Source: Cetorhinus maximus (lineage: Eukaryota). From it: a DNA stretch of 64,000 nucleotides. The stretch spans positions 108,810,001 through 108,874,000 of the forward strand of contig NC_135889.1 in assembly GCF_964194155.1 (NCBI RefSeq), written 5' to 3'. This document shows, piece by piece, positions 10,626-22,580 of the stretch. Position 1 is the stretch's first letter, and every line of letters begins with the position of its first letter. Under the pieces are notes generated by a model. It was not told the origin of the DNA and did not search any database. It saw only the letters and a list, made by a program, of their open reading frames with translations. The translations under genes were made by a program, and so were the position numbers.

Positions 10626-12884
10626 AAGGATTAACATGCTTGCTTCTCCTTTGTTCTCCACAGAGGAATACTTTTAAACTTATCTGAAAAGGCTACTCAG
10701 CCTTCAGACCTGGATATAGCTGCCTGGGCACTCACAGAGACCATCCTACTCTTTTCTGTGTTAAGATAGAGATCGGGTCCTATTGACAATAGGATGGTGA
10801 TTTGCCTCAATGTACAAGACACCTGCATGACTTAAAAGGATAAAGCATTTTAAAACCAGAACAATGACAGAATGGAGTTTATGCACTCCATTTTATCTGA
10901 ACCTCTCCACCCCCACAACTCCGCACTCAAAGCTTGCTACACTCTAAGCTCTAAAATGCAATACACTAAGTACAGACTGGCAAAAGGATGCAGTATTTTT
11001 GTGGAAGCAGGAGGAACATTCCTACTCCTCCAAGCACTACAGTAATTAAAGATTAAGAAGTGAGGGGCCATTTAGTGGAGTGGGTCCTTTAATGATTACT
11101 GGTCAGGCTGCTAATTGCCTAGAACAATGGGTGGGACATACCTGATGCAATCACTGTCCATTTGTACTTAAAAATTGCACATGAGCCACACAACATCATA
11201 GCACCTCGATTTCAGATTTAAACAGCATTCTGCTTAAAACAGGCAGGAGCCCCATGCACCCTATGAAGTAAAGGGAGACGAGAATTGGGAGAGATGCATA
11301 ACAAGTGGCTGAATTAATATCACCCAACTTCTACCAACAATAAAGTCAAAATAATCTCCAAAGTCTCTGAAGTTAACTCTTACCATGTATTTATTGTGGG
11401 ACTCAGCATCTTTTCACATCATTAGTAATGTTTCTCATTAAGTGCAATCTATTTGGTCCATCGCTATCTACTGTGTTGCTGTGATTGCTGCTGTAAAGGT
11501 AAAAACCTTATTCAGAACAAAAAAGATACTATAAGAGAAGGACTAAATAAAACTAAATAACAAAGAATTTACATTTTTTATAATAAACTTCAACTCCCCT
11601 CATATAAATGTAGAACATTTACTGTTTCTGTTTAACTCAAAGTTATTCATTGAGTTGGCAAATTGGCCAGTACATACAAAACACTCAGACTAACAGACTC
11701 CATTCATCAGCAAGAACATAATTCAGGACCTTTGCTGTTTTTACACAAAACATTACTCATCTGGGAGAAATAAATATGCAACCCAACACACAGGATTTTC
11801 TGTAAATTCAGAGTATCTGGAGTGTTAGGTCATTATGTTTGCAAGTGCAATTTCCATCTTCCTCGGACCTCATCCACTCATAAATCTGTTGTTTCAGTCA
11901 TCTAAAACATGCCATACTGTTTTAATAGATATGTACTCATATAAAACACAACTACTAGCCATTCATTAATCTGTAATGGCAGTTTCTAAGGTTACCCATT
12001 TAATGCCTGGTTTTAATATACTTGTATCTGTACAATATCAAAGGTCAAATAATACCAAAAAAAAATTTGCTCACATTTTAAAAGGACCATATTTAATATG
12101 GAATTTCTCTTCTGCTACTTGGATCATAAATGCACACTTGCATTCTGCAATTCACAGCATCTGCAAGGAGAATGAACCTTGCTGATGCTTTCATAACCCA
12201 AGGACTTTCTATAGAAAATATGAAATTCCGAATAGGAAAAAGGTGTGCGTTTCTAAGTCGGAATGTTAACCTGGTTTGCAGACTAAATTAGTTATTTCTG
12301 AAAGTGCGATGTGAAAAACAAAATGATTGATATATAATTTTTCAACCATTTATTTTGCATGACTATTAATTACTATTAGCCCTCTGCAAACAAACACTCA
12401 ACATGATTGTAGCCTTCCTCCTGCTGCTAATTTAGTGGAGTGCAAGGCCATTTAAAATAACTGGGCTAAACAAATGGGTTAATGGTTCCACTAATACATT
12501 GCCACACAAAAATACCATACAAATGCCATTAAGCGTTCCTCCCCTCTTATCATCAACAGTAAACTCTTAGCCATGGTTTTCAATTCCGATTTTGATGTGG
12601 GTGAGGAGAACGTTTGACAGCTTGAATTGCACAATTCTAACATTTTCTTCTTGTTCACAGAGAAAGTGTAAGGCCCTAAACTTCCTCGATGCCTGTGGTG
12701 CAGTTGGTGTGCTGGAAAATTACCATTTTCACCAGCAGAGGGTGATGAATGGAAGCTTCCAGAGTAAGGTGATTTGCATATGAAGTGGTATTCGTTTCGG
12801 TGCAATTGTGGAAATGGAGCAGCCTCTGGAAATCTTCAATATGGATTCCTTCCTTGACCCCATGGATTGTTCTACAACTTACTC

Positions 12885-13240
12885 AGAGCAGTACTGAGGG
12901 TGTTCTGCATAGTTGGAGCTGTTGTCATACAGATGAGGTGCTAAACCAAGGCTCCTTCTCAGGCCAGTGTAAAAGATCCCGTGACACTATTTTGAAGGAC
13001 AGCTGAGGATTTCCCTCCGGTGTCCTGGTCAATATTTATTCCATAATGAAACATAACTGAAAGCAACATATTATCTGGTAATGATCACACTGCTATTTGT
13101 GGGACATTGCTGTGCACAAGTTAACTGATGCACCTCCTACTCAACTACAGTGGCTACACTTCAAAAATAATTATTTGGATTTAAAATGCTTTGCGACGTC
13201 CTGAGGTCATGAACAGCACTATACAAATGCAAGTCTCCTT
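12885..13240 (+). mobile_element. Deu-domain SINE (SacSINE1/AmnSINE1 superfamily)
   Basis: GATGAGGTGCTAAACCAAGG...GTAAAAGATCCCGTGACACTATTTTGAAG...CCGGTGTCCTGGTCAATATTT resembles the Deu domain. L2-type tail GCACTATACAAATGCAAGTC. Confidence 0.7.
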
Positions 13241-13651
13241 CTCTTTGTATTTTGTTCATTGAGGGAATCTTCCGCCCATACCTGAAGTGCCTCTTGACAC
13301 AACCATGAGCTGTTACCAGCCAGCTTGGTCCATATGATACCATAGCACAAGAGCATCTCACCACAAGATGACTTGCAATCCCTTCTGGAAGTGGTGGGAA
13401 GACAGGAGAGGCTGCCTCCTGGGTGGACCAGCAGCAACCCATCCAGGACAGTCCAGCCATGCTGCTTGGAGGGAGATGATCCTGGAAGTCACTGCCAATT
13501 TCTTCTGCCACACTGCATTATTAGCCACACCTCCACATGTGGCTCTTCCCCCTCCTCCTTCATAAAGATGGCATTGAGTGGTATGACCATGCGGAATGCC
13601 ATACCTTGGTCATCCTAAGTATGTGTGAGGGGGTGGGACATGCAGGGGTAT

Positions 13652-14147
13652 TGTTATGATCTCAGTAGAGACCAGTAACTTTGTTTTAAAAGTAGAAGAA
13701 ATCTACTAAAAGAATGAAGCCATAAAATTTCAAAAATCAAGAATTTTTACTATACAAGAGTCAAATAAAGCAAACACTAAATACTATCTTAGCTATCATC
13801 TATACTCTAAAACCCTAAGTTAGCTTCAGTTATGGATCAACAGGCAAATTATGGTTGATTATATACTATAAACTACACATTAAATGGCAGATAAAGCTAA
13901 GACAGATCTTACAATTGGCTCAGTAGTCCACACGGCATATAGGTTATCAAACTCAGTTATAAAGTCCTTCAAACCTCTGTCTTCCTAACAAAGAATTTAT
14001 GTAGTTCCAACTAGAAATTTTGGTTTCCAATTCTCAGTTTCAGTCTTAGTTTCCTTAGCAACTTGGAGGGTCAGTTTCCATTCTCAGTTTCCCTTTTCAG
14101 TTAGAGTCTGTCTCAAAATACAAGCTTTGACCACAGATTCCATCACA
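13652..14147. mobile_element. Solo LTR, 496 bp, 4-bp TSD GTAT
   Basis: Starts TGTTATG and ends CATCACA (6/7 inverted). GTAT at 13648-13651 and 14148-14151. Confidence 0.7.
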
Positions 14148-15387
14148 GTATGATGAGACATTAACACTGATGGAAGGGAGTCAAGTCCAAATCTTAATGA
14201 GAAAAACTATGGAAAAAAATTGAGTTGAGAAACATCTATGCATCTAGAAATCACCAATGTTTGGAGGGCTCTTCAAAGCAATCAAATTGTTCACCCACGC
14301 TAGAATCAGGTGATTGCAAGGGCACCTAACTTTGAATCTAACTTTTCTGGTGTGCAGTAGTGGCATTAAGGGAAGAAATTCTCAGACATAGCAGTACCAG
14401 GTCAATGGAGTTCCTCTGCCAATGAGCCCCACAGAGTTTGTGAGAACAGATGGTCAAAGCTGTCAAAAGGGTGCCTCCAGCACACTAATGGTTCATAAAC
14501 AGCACAATATGTTCAATGTGAGTTTCCTCAATCTCTTTTGGAATAATAAAGGTGCAGTAAAGGCATAATTACAGAAGATAGCAAGGCAATTGAGGGCATA
14601 AGGATCATTTGGATCTATTCATCATGCCTGTACTTATATCATTGTTCCTACCTCGCACCCCCTACCCACGCAAAGCATTGTCAAATTACTTGTCCTAGTG
14701 AACCTACTAGTGTGTGTCAAGTAGGACAGGAGACGAGTAACACTTCACTTCATCTTGTATTTGGTACACCGCAGGAAACTGGATTCATCAATTGAATCCG
14801 ATGCTTATCTTCTTGTCGGCTTGTGAAACCACCTTGTTTGTATTAGGGGTATGGAAAAAAGTTCTCTTGCTGCCACTAACTTACATCACTCAGCTGTAAC
14901 GAGCTCCATTTCCAAATCCCACTTGTTTACAAAAACGACTACTTCTACACTCTTGTAGCTGGCTCACTCTCCCTATATTGTTCTTCTCATTCTAACTAAT
15001 TCGCTCATTGCAGCTGCAAAATATCACACTTTAACCTTTTAAAAAAAAAATCTACATTAATTCAAGCAACAGCACTGGTAGTTGTAGGCAAATTACAAAA
15101 CAATTTGGCTGTACGACACAACTTGATTTCATTTATGATTTTATAAAGAGAGATTTTGAAATGGAACATTTTGGATCATTTAGTAGCCAAACCTAAGTCT
15201 CAAACTGAAATCTGCGATGGATCTGAGCCTAAAATGAGTTCGGTCAATGTTCTGTACTTTAGAGGTGGTGATCTAAACTGGGTGACATATTTGTCAGAAA
15301 TGTTATACAGTCCAGAGGCCCATTCAGAACGTCATCAGTATGCTAACACGAGGGTCCACCTATCACCTTCTGATGTACCTCGAAGAT

Positions 15388-15835
15388 AGATCATAAGAAA
15401 TAGGAGCAGGAAGAGACCATTCCGCTCCCTCAAGCCTGCTCCACCAGTTAGTAATTATCATGGCCAATCTGATTGGGGCTTTAAGTTGTCTGTGAGGAAG
15501 CATCCTCAGAATCTTACATGTTTCAAAAAGATCGCCTCTCATTCTTCTAAACTCCAAAAATTAGAGAGAGAGGGCCAACCTGTGCAATCTTTTCTCATAA
15601 GACAACTCCTTCACCCCAGGAATCAGCCCAGCAAACTTTCTCTGAACTGCAACCAATACAAGTATATCCTTCCTTAAGCAAGGAGACCAAAACTGGATCC
15701 AGTGCTCCAGTTGCAGTCTCACCAATGCCCAGTTGTAGCAAGACCTTTCTACTTTTATACTCCATCCCTCTTGCAATAAAGGCCAATATTCCATTTGCCT
15801 TCCTAATGTCTTGCTGTATCTTGCTAACTTCTGTG
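15388..15835 (-). mobile_element. CR1 LINE 3' fragment with internal deletion
   Basis: ORF2 remnants KANGILAFIARGMEYKS, ALVRLQLEHWIQFWSP, EFRRMRGDLFETCKIL. Tail TCCTATTTCTTATGATCT. Confidence 0.85.
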
Positions 15836-16319
15836 GTTCCAATACCATCAATTATTTGTGATTTCTGGAGCAATAGCAAAGCAATTTAAGACCTTTCTCT
15901 AAAATTTGCTTTTCACTATGTTCAAGTTTCAAAAATGCTCACCCTGATTTCCTGTTACCCTGGTTCTAAGTTTTGATTCAGGCTGGAAGGCTGACAATAA
16001 CATAGCCACATTAACAAAGCACAGAAGCGCCATTTACTTTCGGTGGCAAATTTTTGTTGTGATTGATGTAACAGACCATCCGTTTTAAGGCATTTCCTTT
16101 TCTTCCCGTTCTTTAGGACTCCCTGTGGCACTCGCCACTGTCAGCTAGAATGAACTGGTTGGTGACCTACTCCCAGGAAAGACAAAAGCCCCAGGAACCC
16201 TCACTACAATTTTCCCTCCTTTTCTGTAAGAAGTTGCAAAGCTCCATCGAGTTTGTCCCATCAGTAGTATAGCAGCAATCATGCATCTTGAGTATGAACA
16301 CTTTCTGTGACACTTGATT

Positions 16320-16765
16320 GCCCTATGAGGAGAAATTGAGTAGACTAGCCCGATACTCCCTAAAATTTAGAAAGAAGAGAGGTGGCCTAATTTACATACA
16401 TAAAATTCTTCTTGTAGATACTGACAAAATGTTTTCACTGGCTAGGGAACCTAGAACACAGAGTTACAGTCTCAGAAGATGGGCTGGCCATTTATGACTA
16501 AGATGAGGAGAAAATTCTTCACTCAAAGGGCTGTGAATCTTTGGAATGTTCCACCCAAGAGAGCTGTGGTTGTTCAGTTGTTAAGTACGTTCAAGAAAGA
16601 GGTGGATAGATTTTTGGACACTAAGGGTACTAAGACATATGGAGATAATTTGGGAAGATGGAGTTTAGGTAGATGATCAGCTATGGTTTTGTTGACTGGT
16701 GGACCAGGTTCGAAGGGCCAAATGGCCTACTCTAGCTCCTATTTCTTATGTTCCTCTGTTATGTG
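16320..16765 (+). mobile_element. CR1 LINE 3' end
   Basis: RKFFTQRAVNLWN...FKKEVDRFLD and tail GAAGGGCCAAATGGCCTACTC...TTCTTATGTT. Confidence 0.85.
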
Positions 16766-16857
16766 CTTCCTCCATTATTCTACTAAAAATTTGTTGGGTT
16801 TTGCAAAACATTTCCTGCCTTGGGAATTATATGGGATATTGGTTTACCTACATAACA

Positions 16858-17030
16858 ATCATAGAATCTCTTTGAATTTACAGCACAGAAACAGGCCATT
16901 AGGTCCCACCGTCTCTGCTGATGTTCATGCTCCATATGAGCCTCCTTCTACCCTCCTTTATTTGACCCTATCTGTGTAACCTATTCTTTTCTCCCTTATG
17001 CACCTATAACGTTTCCATTTAAGTGCATGA
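16858..17030 (-). mobile_element. CR1 3' tail fragment
   Basis: ATCATAGAATC...ACAGCACAGAAACAGGCCATT, the reverse complement of a CR1 3' stem-loop and microsatellite tail. Confidence 0.6.
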
Positions 17031-17068
17031 ACTCAACTATTGGCTATAAATAGCTGATGTTAAGAGCT

Positions 17069-17437
17069 TTTTTAAATTCTTTCTTGGGATGTGGGCATCA
17101 CTGGCAAGGCTAGCATTTGTTGCCCATCACTAATTGCTAATTGAACTGTGTGGCTTGCTAGGCCATTCAGAATGCAGTTAAGAGTCAACCACATGGCTGT
17201 GGTCTGGAGCCAAGTGCAGGCAAGACCAGGTAAGGACAATGGATTTCCCTCCCTAAAGGACATTAATAAACCAGATGGGTTTTTGGTGACAATCAATGAT
17301 AGTTTCATAGTTGCTGTCACTCCAGATTTTGATTAATGAAATTATGTCAGCTGCCACAGAGGGAATTGAGCCTATACCCCCTGGAACATTAGCCTGTACT
17401 ATGGAATTGCTGATCCAATAACACCACCATCTTCCCC
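17069..17437 (-). mobile_element. tRNA-derived SINE sharing its 3' tail with the CR1/L2-group LINE
   Basis: Reverse-complement copy of the family at 42642-42988. Tail GGGATGTGGGCATCACTGGCAAGGCTAGCATTTGTTGCCCATC. Confidence 0.8.
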
Positions 17438-18356
17438 ACCATTTTACTACTAACAAACTGTTGGTTAAATTATAGAATTAAAACAATAAAAAGTATTTGT
17501 TTTGCTTTTCAGTGGAAAATTATTTTTGTCTGTTAGGAACAGTAGTATAAATACACTCCCGTCTTCTGTTCCCACCCTCCTGCAGCCTGACCCTATCAAA
17601 CCTGTCACTTCAACTCCATTGGAAACGTATGAGGACAATTTGTACAAAGTAATTTTTTTAATGCTGCTCTCTAAAGGGATTTTGGTACTAAACATATCCT
17701 AAAGAGCAATCCCCAGTGATCCTCATTCCAATTACAATATGATCTCATCTTAAAAACGTACAAAACAGGATGAAATAAAGCATATTGCTCCTGACCTGAA
17801 TGGTCTGGGAAAGGCTCAGCACTCAGAAGCAAACATGTTCATTTGAGACTCTGAATGTTGGTCTACGTTACTAATGTAAACAGAGCTTAGTAAGATGACA
17901 GCAGTAGCAGTAAACAATCTGCTATAACATCACGTGTATCAATTCTGCTCACACGCAAGTCCCATTTTTCGCCTTTCAATAAAAGCAATTAGATGCATGT
18001 AGCAGGTACATAATCCAGAATAATAACTTGCATTTATATAGTGGCTTTAATGTGAATGAAAATCACGTGTACTTCATAGAGGAGAATTTTCCCCATCTCG
18101 GGTGGGCCGTGCGGCAGCGGGTCCGGGCGGGTGCAGACGGGGTTCGCGCTGCCATTTTACGTGGGTGGGCCAATTAAGGCCCTCCCAGTGTGTTTCACGG
18201 CTCCCGGGGACAGCGGGAGTGGGCAGGAGGCAGAGGATCGGCGATCGCCGCTGGGGCCAATGGCGACCCGGCGGCCTGTTTAAAGGGCAAGCAGCTGCTG
18301 CTGCAAGGCTGTTGTACATGGCCATAGGTCAGGGCCAACACAGATCCAGGCTGGCC

Positions 18357-20523
18357 ATGCAGGAGGGTAGGGCGGGTGGTCAGTGTGTGCCCTGGTTTTC
18401 AGACGAGTGCCTTGTTGCCCTCCTCGAGGAGGTGGCAGCACGGCGGGAGGTGCTCGTCCCCCCGGATGGGAGGAGAAGGCCACCCCGACTTGACAAAATG
18501 TGCCTGGGAGGAGGTAGTGGAGGTCGTGAGCTCCCGCGACATGGTGTGGAGCACATGGACAAGCGCTTCAGCGGCCTGCTGCGCACGGGAAGGGTGAGTA
18601 GGATATTGACATCGTTCACTTCACCCATCATGTAAGCTTCTCCCCCCCTGGTGCCCCACCCATGTCTGACTAGCCTGAATGCAATGAGTCATTGATGGCG
18701 TGCGTCCTTAGCTGGGCTGGCCAGCAGATATTCCCTATGCGTTGGTCAGCCTGAGAGGGTGGTGATGAGATGGGTTCTGTCCCCGCAGCATGTGGTGGAC
18801 TGAGGCCCACATGACTGTGGTGGGGGCAACCTGGAGGATCTGTCCCCAGGCGCAGTGCTTGAACTCCAGGACATGTCGAAGTCAGGGTGATGTCATGGTG
18901 GGAGGGGGTCTTCAAGGTGGCATGGCACAGATCGATCTGCTGCCCTCTGTGATCCACGTCATTGTGCCTCCTTGCAACGGCAGGTTAAACCGTGTGCTCC
19001 CAAGTGTGATGAAGGCCGCATATGGCCAAAGTGGGGGAGGCGGTGGGGGAGGGGAAGGACACACCTGGCATATTTGTGTGAGTGTTCGGCAGCAGCAGGG
19101 TAAGGATGCACTGGACCCCTGCAATGGCCAACTGGGCTTGGGGTAGGCTGGCGGCGAGGAGATTCACAGTACGTGTATCACTTATCAATGCTCTTTTCTC
19201 ACTTCCAGGAGAAGAATTCTCACAACACTGCCGAGCTGGTGTGGACGGCGGTGGGCCAGCCCAGGTAGTGCTGCTGAGACGCTTCGAGCAGGAGGCCCTC
19301 GATCTGGAGAGGCACCATGCGCCCAGGTCCACCGGAGCTGGAGAGGCTGGGGTTCCACGGGCTGGTATGTGTGGCCAGCACTCACATCACCGATAGTCTC
19401 CCAACAGCCATGGCAGTGCTGATTGTTGAGTGAGGGACGTTACCAACACGGCTTGCCCATTGTGTGTGGAATGATGAGCACATGATGATCTGGGGGACAG
19501 GCATGTACATTGACATTGTCCGCATGCTAACTGATCAAATTTTCTTACTCTTCCTTTCAGCATCAGCGGTGCATGGCCGGGACCCAGAGCAGCACCTCTG
19601 ATACCTGAAGGTCATGAAGTTCCAACATCACAAGTGTCACACCATCTCTGCCAGGCAGGCAGCAGTGCAGACACTGGCACCTCGGTGGGCATCAGATCTT
19701 CAGCTAGTGTCCTGGGGCACAGTGGTCAGGGCACTTCACAGTCGCTGGAGGAGCTGGCAGAGACAGAGAGTGCCCATGGTGCCAGCAGTCAGAGGACTTC
19801 AGGGGCCCAGGCACATGCTCAGTCCATGGCTGATGATGAGCCTTTTGATCATCCGCGATGCAGCCAACGTAAGAGATGCGGCCGGGTGTGCGGGACCATC
19901 TGGTGGAGATACATGAGGCTGTGCTTGGCTTGGCGTCAGTGGTGGAGGAGTCTACACGGACCATAGCCGATGCATTGAGTCTCATGGCTGAATGCCAAGC
20001 TTCCTCCACTGAGAGAGTAGTGACTCTCATGGAGAGGCAGCTCCAGGAACAGGATCAGGGGTTCCTGGGGTTGCGCTTGGACCTGCAATCCCTCACAGCG
20101 GCATTGACCTCATGTGGTCAGTGCCCTTGTGGGCGGCGCTTTGGGCACCAGGTATCCCACCTCAGTGCCCATCCATCTAGAGTGAGCAGAGAGGGCCGAA
20201 CGGACCTCATGTTGGCAGAGCAGCTGCCTGTCGTCTCTGGTGGCGCCTCTCAGGGCGCTTCGGATGAGGCGGGCAGCTTCCCCACCCCTCTGCCAGTGAC
20301 CGCGGCACCCAATGAGGCTGCAACGTCTGGGGAGATGCCAGCTGTGGAACTGGCAGCTCCCTCCCAGGCAGGGCCAGCACAGGCTCCATGGGCTAGAGGA
20401 TGTCCGCCAAGGTCATCGAGGCCAACAGGACAGCAGAGAGAGCAGGCTGGCTCAGATGCCACTCCCAGCGAGGAGCTGCCACAAAGATGTAGCACCTGCA
20501 AACATAAAATAAAGGCACCTTAG
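18357..20523 (+). pseudogene. Harbinger Myb/SANT-like DNA-binding protein gene, 3 exons, frameshifted
   Basis: Exon 1 ~18357-18593 (PWFSDECLVALLEEV...KCAWEEVVEVVS...KRFSGLLRTGR, donor GTGAGT). Exon 2 19209-19364 (acceptor TTCTCACTTCCAG, GGGPAQVVLLRRFEQEALDL, donor GTATGT). Exon 3 19561-20523 (acceptor TTCCTTTCAG, coiled-coil-like and low-complexity tail). Frameshifts and stops present. Confidence 0.8.
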
Positions 20524-20850
20524 GCACACCCCGGGTTCATCTCTGGTGGTTTTTTGTTGGCCCCACTATGAATTACTTCTGATTATGTTGGCAGCACGAC
20601 ACCATTTTATTTATGTTATGTTAAGAGACTTCTGTGAAAGCGTTAAATTAAGATCGTCTAACATGGATGGGGGTGCCTCTTTTCTTGGGCAGGTGGATGG
20701 ATTGCTGAGATGTTATGAGTGATTTGTGTGTCATTGACATTTATTGACTGGGCCCATTGTCAATGCTCCTATCCTGACAGATTTTGCACTAAGGTCTCCA
20801 GTATGTAGGCTGCAGCCCAGGCTTGTGTTGGGAGGTCCATATGTGCTGTG

Positions 20851-21165
20851 CTAGCTGAAGGTTCCTTGGATTGGAGTGTCCCGGGTGTCCCTGTCTCCCT
20901 GGAGTATGCCCGGGTCAGCGTCTACCCCCTCAGCATTTCCCTGTGCGTGCTCATCCTCGGACTCACTGCTGGACTCATCGTGTGCAGCCGCGGCCACTCC
21001 GTCTACACCTTCTTCATCCACAGTTTCCCCCTTTCCAGCGCAAGTTTGTGGAGAATGCAGCATGCAACCACTATCAGGGACACTCGATCTGGGGGGTACT
21101 GGAGTGCGCGCCGTGGAACGGTCCAGGCATCAGAAGCCCATCTTGAGAAGACCGATGGCTCTCTC
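20851..21165 (-). pseudogene. C-terminal remnant of Harbinger DDE nuclease (HARBI1-like)
   Basis: ERAIGLLKMGF*CLDRS, frameshift, ALQYPPDRVSLIVVACCILHKLALERG, then an acidic tail. The N-terminal part is deleted. Confidence 0.85.
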
Positions 21166-22084
21166 CAAGCAGCTGGTATGCGTTTTGAAGTTTTCCAGCT
21201 CACACAGGCAAGTTTCAGTAACTTTTGTGCAATAATTTTTAAACCTGTAGAATCGCGACCCCACTGAGCCCTCTTCTCCAGCTCGTGGAGGTTTATACAA
21301 ATTTCTGCTACCCGCCTGCCCATTGCGCCCGTGTGATGAGCCGAAGATCGCACGGGCGCCGCAAAATCCCCGTCAATTGAGCCTGAAGGGCCTTAAGTGG
21401 CCCGTTAATTAATGGCAGGCGCGCAACAGAGATCATCGCGTGCCCACCCACCAAAATATTGCGATGGCGCATGGTGACATCAGAACGCTCGCCTGACATC
21501 ACTGCGCGTCATTTTAGGTGTCGGCATGCCAACGGGAAAATTCTGCCCATAGAGACATAAGGAAAAATGGGTGCTGGACCAAAGAGGGAGATGGGTGACC
21601 AAAAGTTTGGTAAATGGGGTGTTTTTTCAAGCATGGTGTCATTGGAGATCAGGGAGGCAGAGTGGTGAAAGGTTTTTGTAGAAGAAATTCCAAAGTATTG
21701 AACCTAAGTAGCTGAAAGCACTGGTGGCACATAGGGAGGCAGGGATACTCAAGAGGCCAGAATTGGAGGAAGGTGGAGTGTAGGGTCAGAGGTGTTTACA
21801 GAAATAAGGAGGGAAATGGCCATGAAGTGACTTAAATACAAGCATCATGGTTTTAAAGGAAATGTTGGACCACTGGGAGCTAATATTGGATGGCAAGAAC
21901 AGGGATGCTGGGCAAGTGGGACTTGGAGCTGGATAGGGCAGCAGAGTTTGAATGAGCTGACATTTATGGAACCTACTTAAAGGGTGACCAGGAGAACATG
22001 GTAATATGCAAGACTGGAGGTTACAAAGGCACTGATGACAGTTTTTAGCATTAGATAGGTGAGGTGGGTAATGTTATGGGAATG

Positions 22085-22580
22085 GCCTCCGTTGCCCTCT
22101 GCACTGGAGAGGGTGCAGAGGAGATTTACCAGGATGCTGCCTGGGCTGGAGGGTCTGAGCTATGAGGAAAGATTGGATAGGCTGAGGTTTTTTTTTTGGA
22201 GCAGAGAAGGTTGAGAGTGGACCTGATAGAGGTGAATAAGATTATGAGGGATATAGATAGAGTGGATAGGAAGGCACTTTTTCCATTAGTAGGGGGATCA
22301 ATAACCAGGGGACATAGATTTAAGGTAAGGGGTAGAAGGCTAAGAGGGGAGTTGAGGAGAAAGTTCTTCACCCAGAGGGTGGTGGGAGTCTGGAACTCAC
22401 TGCCTGAGAGGATGGTTGAGTCAGAAACTCTCGTAACATTTAAGAAGTATTTAGATATTCACTGGCATTGCCATAGCCTCCAGGGCTATGGGCCAAGCGC
22501 TGGAAAATGAGATCTTTGTTGACCCGCACTGAGACAATGGGCTGAATGGCCTCCTTCTGTGCTGTAAACATCTGAGTCTA
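22085..22580 (+). mobile_element. CR1 LINE 3' end
   Basis: EQRRLRVDLIEVNKIMR...RRKFFTQRVVGVWNSLPE. Tail GGGCTGAATGGCCTCCTTCTGTGCTGTAA. Confidence 0.9.

Larger units (their letters stand above)
18079..21548. mobile_element. PIF/Harbinger DNA transposon, non-autonomous deletion derivative, TSD ATA
   Basis: TIRs GAGGAGAATTTTCCC / GGGAAAATTCTGCCC (13/15). ATA at 18076-18078 and 21549-21551. Convergent Myb/SANT-like and nuclease genes. GC- and CpG-rich relative to flanks. Confidence 0.92.

Noticed and set aside
10664-10796. Strong acceptor (CTTCTCCTTTGTTCTCCACAG) as a coding exon
   Set aside because: All three frames stop before a plausible donor. At most a non-coding exon, with no other support.
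18102-19396. Many overlapping ORFs and a CpG island suggesting a host promoter or gene
   Set aside because: Entirely inside the GC-rich Harbinger element bounded by TIRs and TSD.
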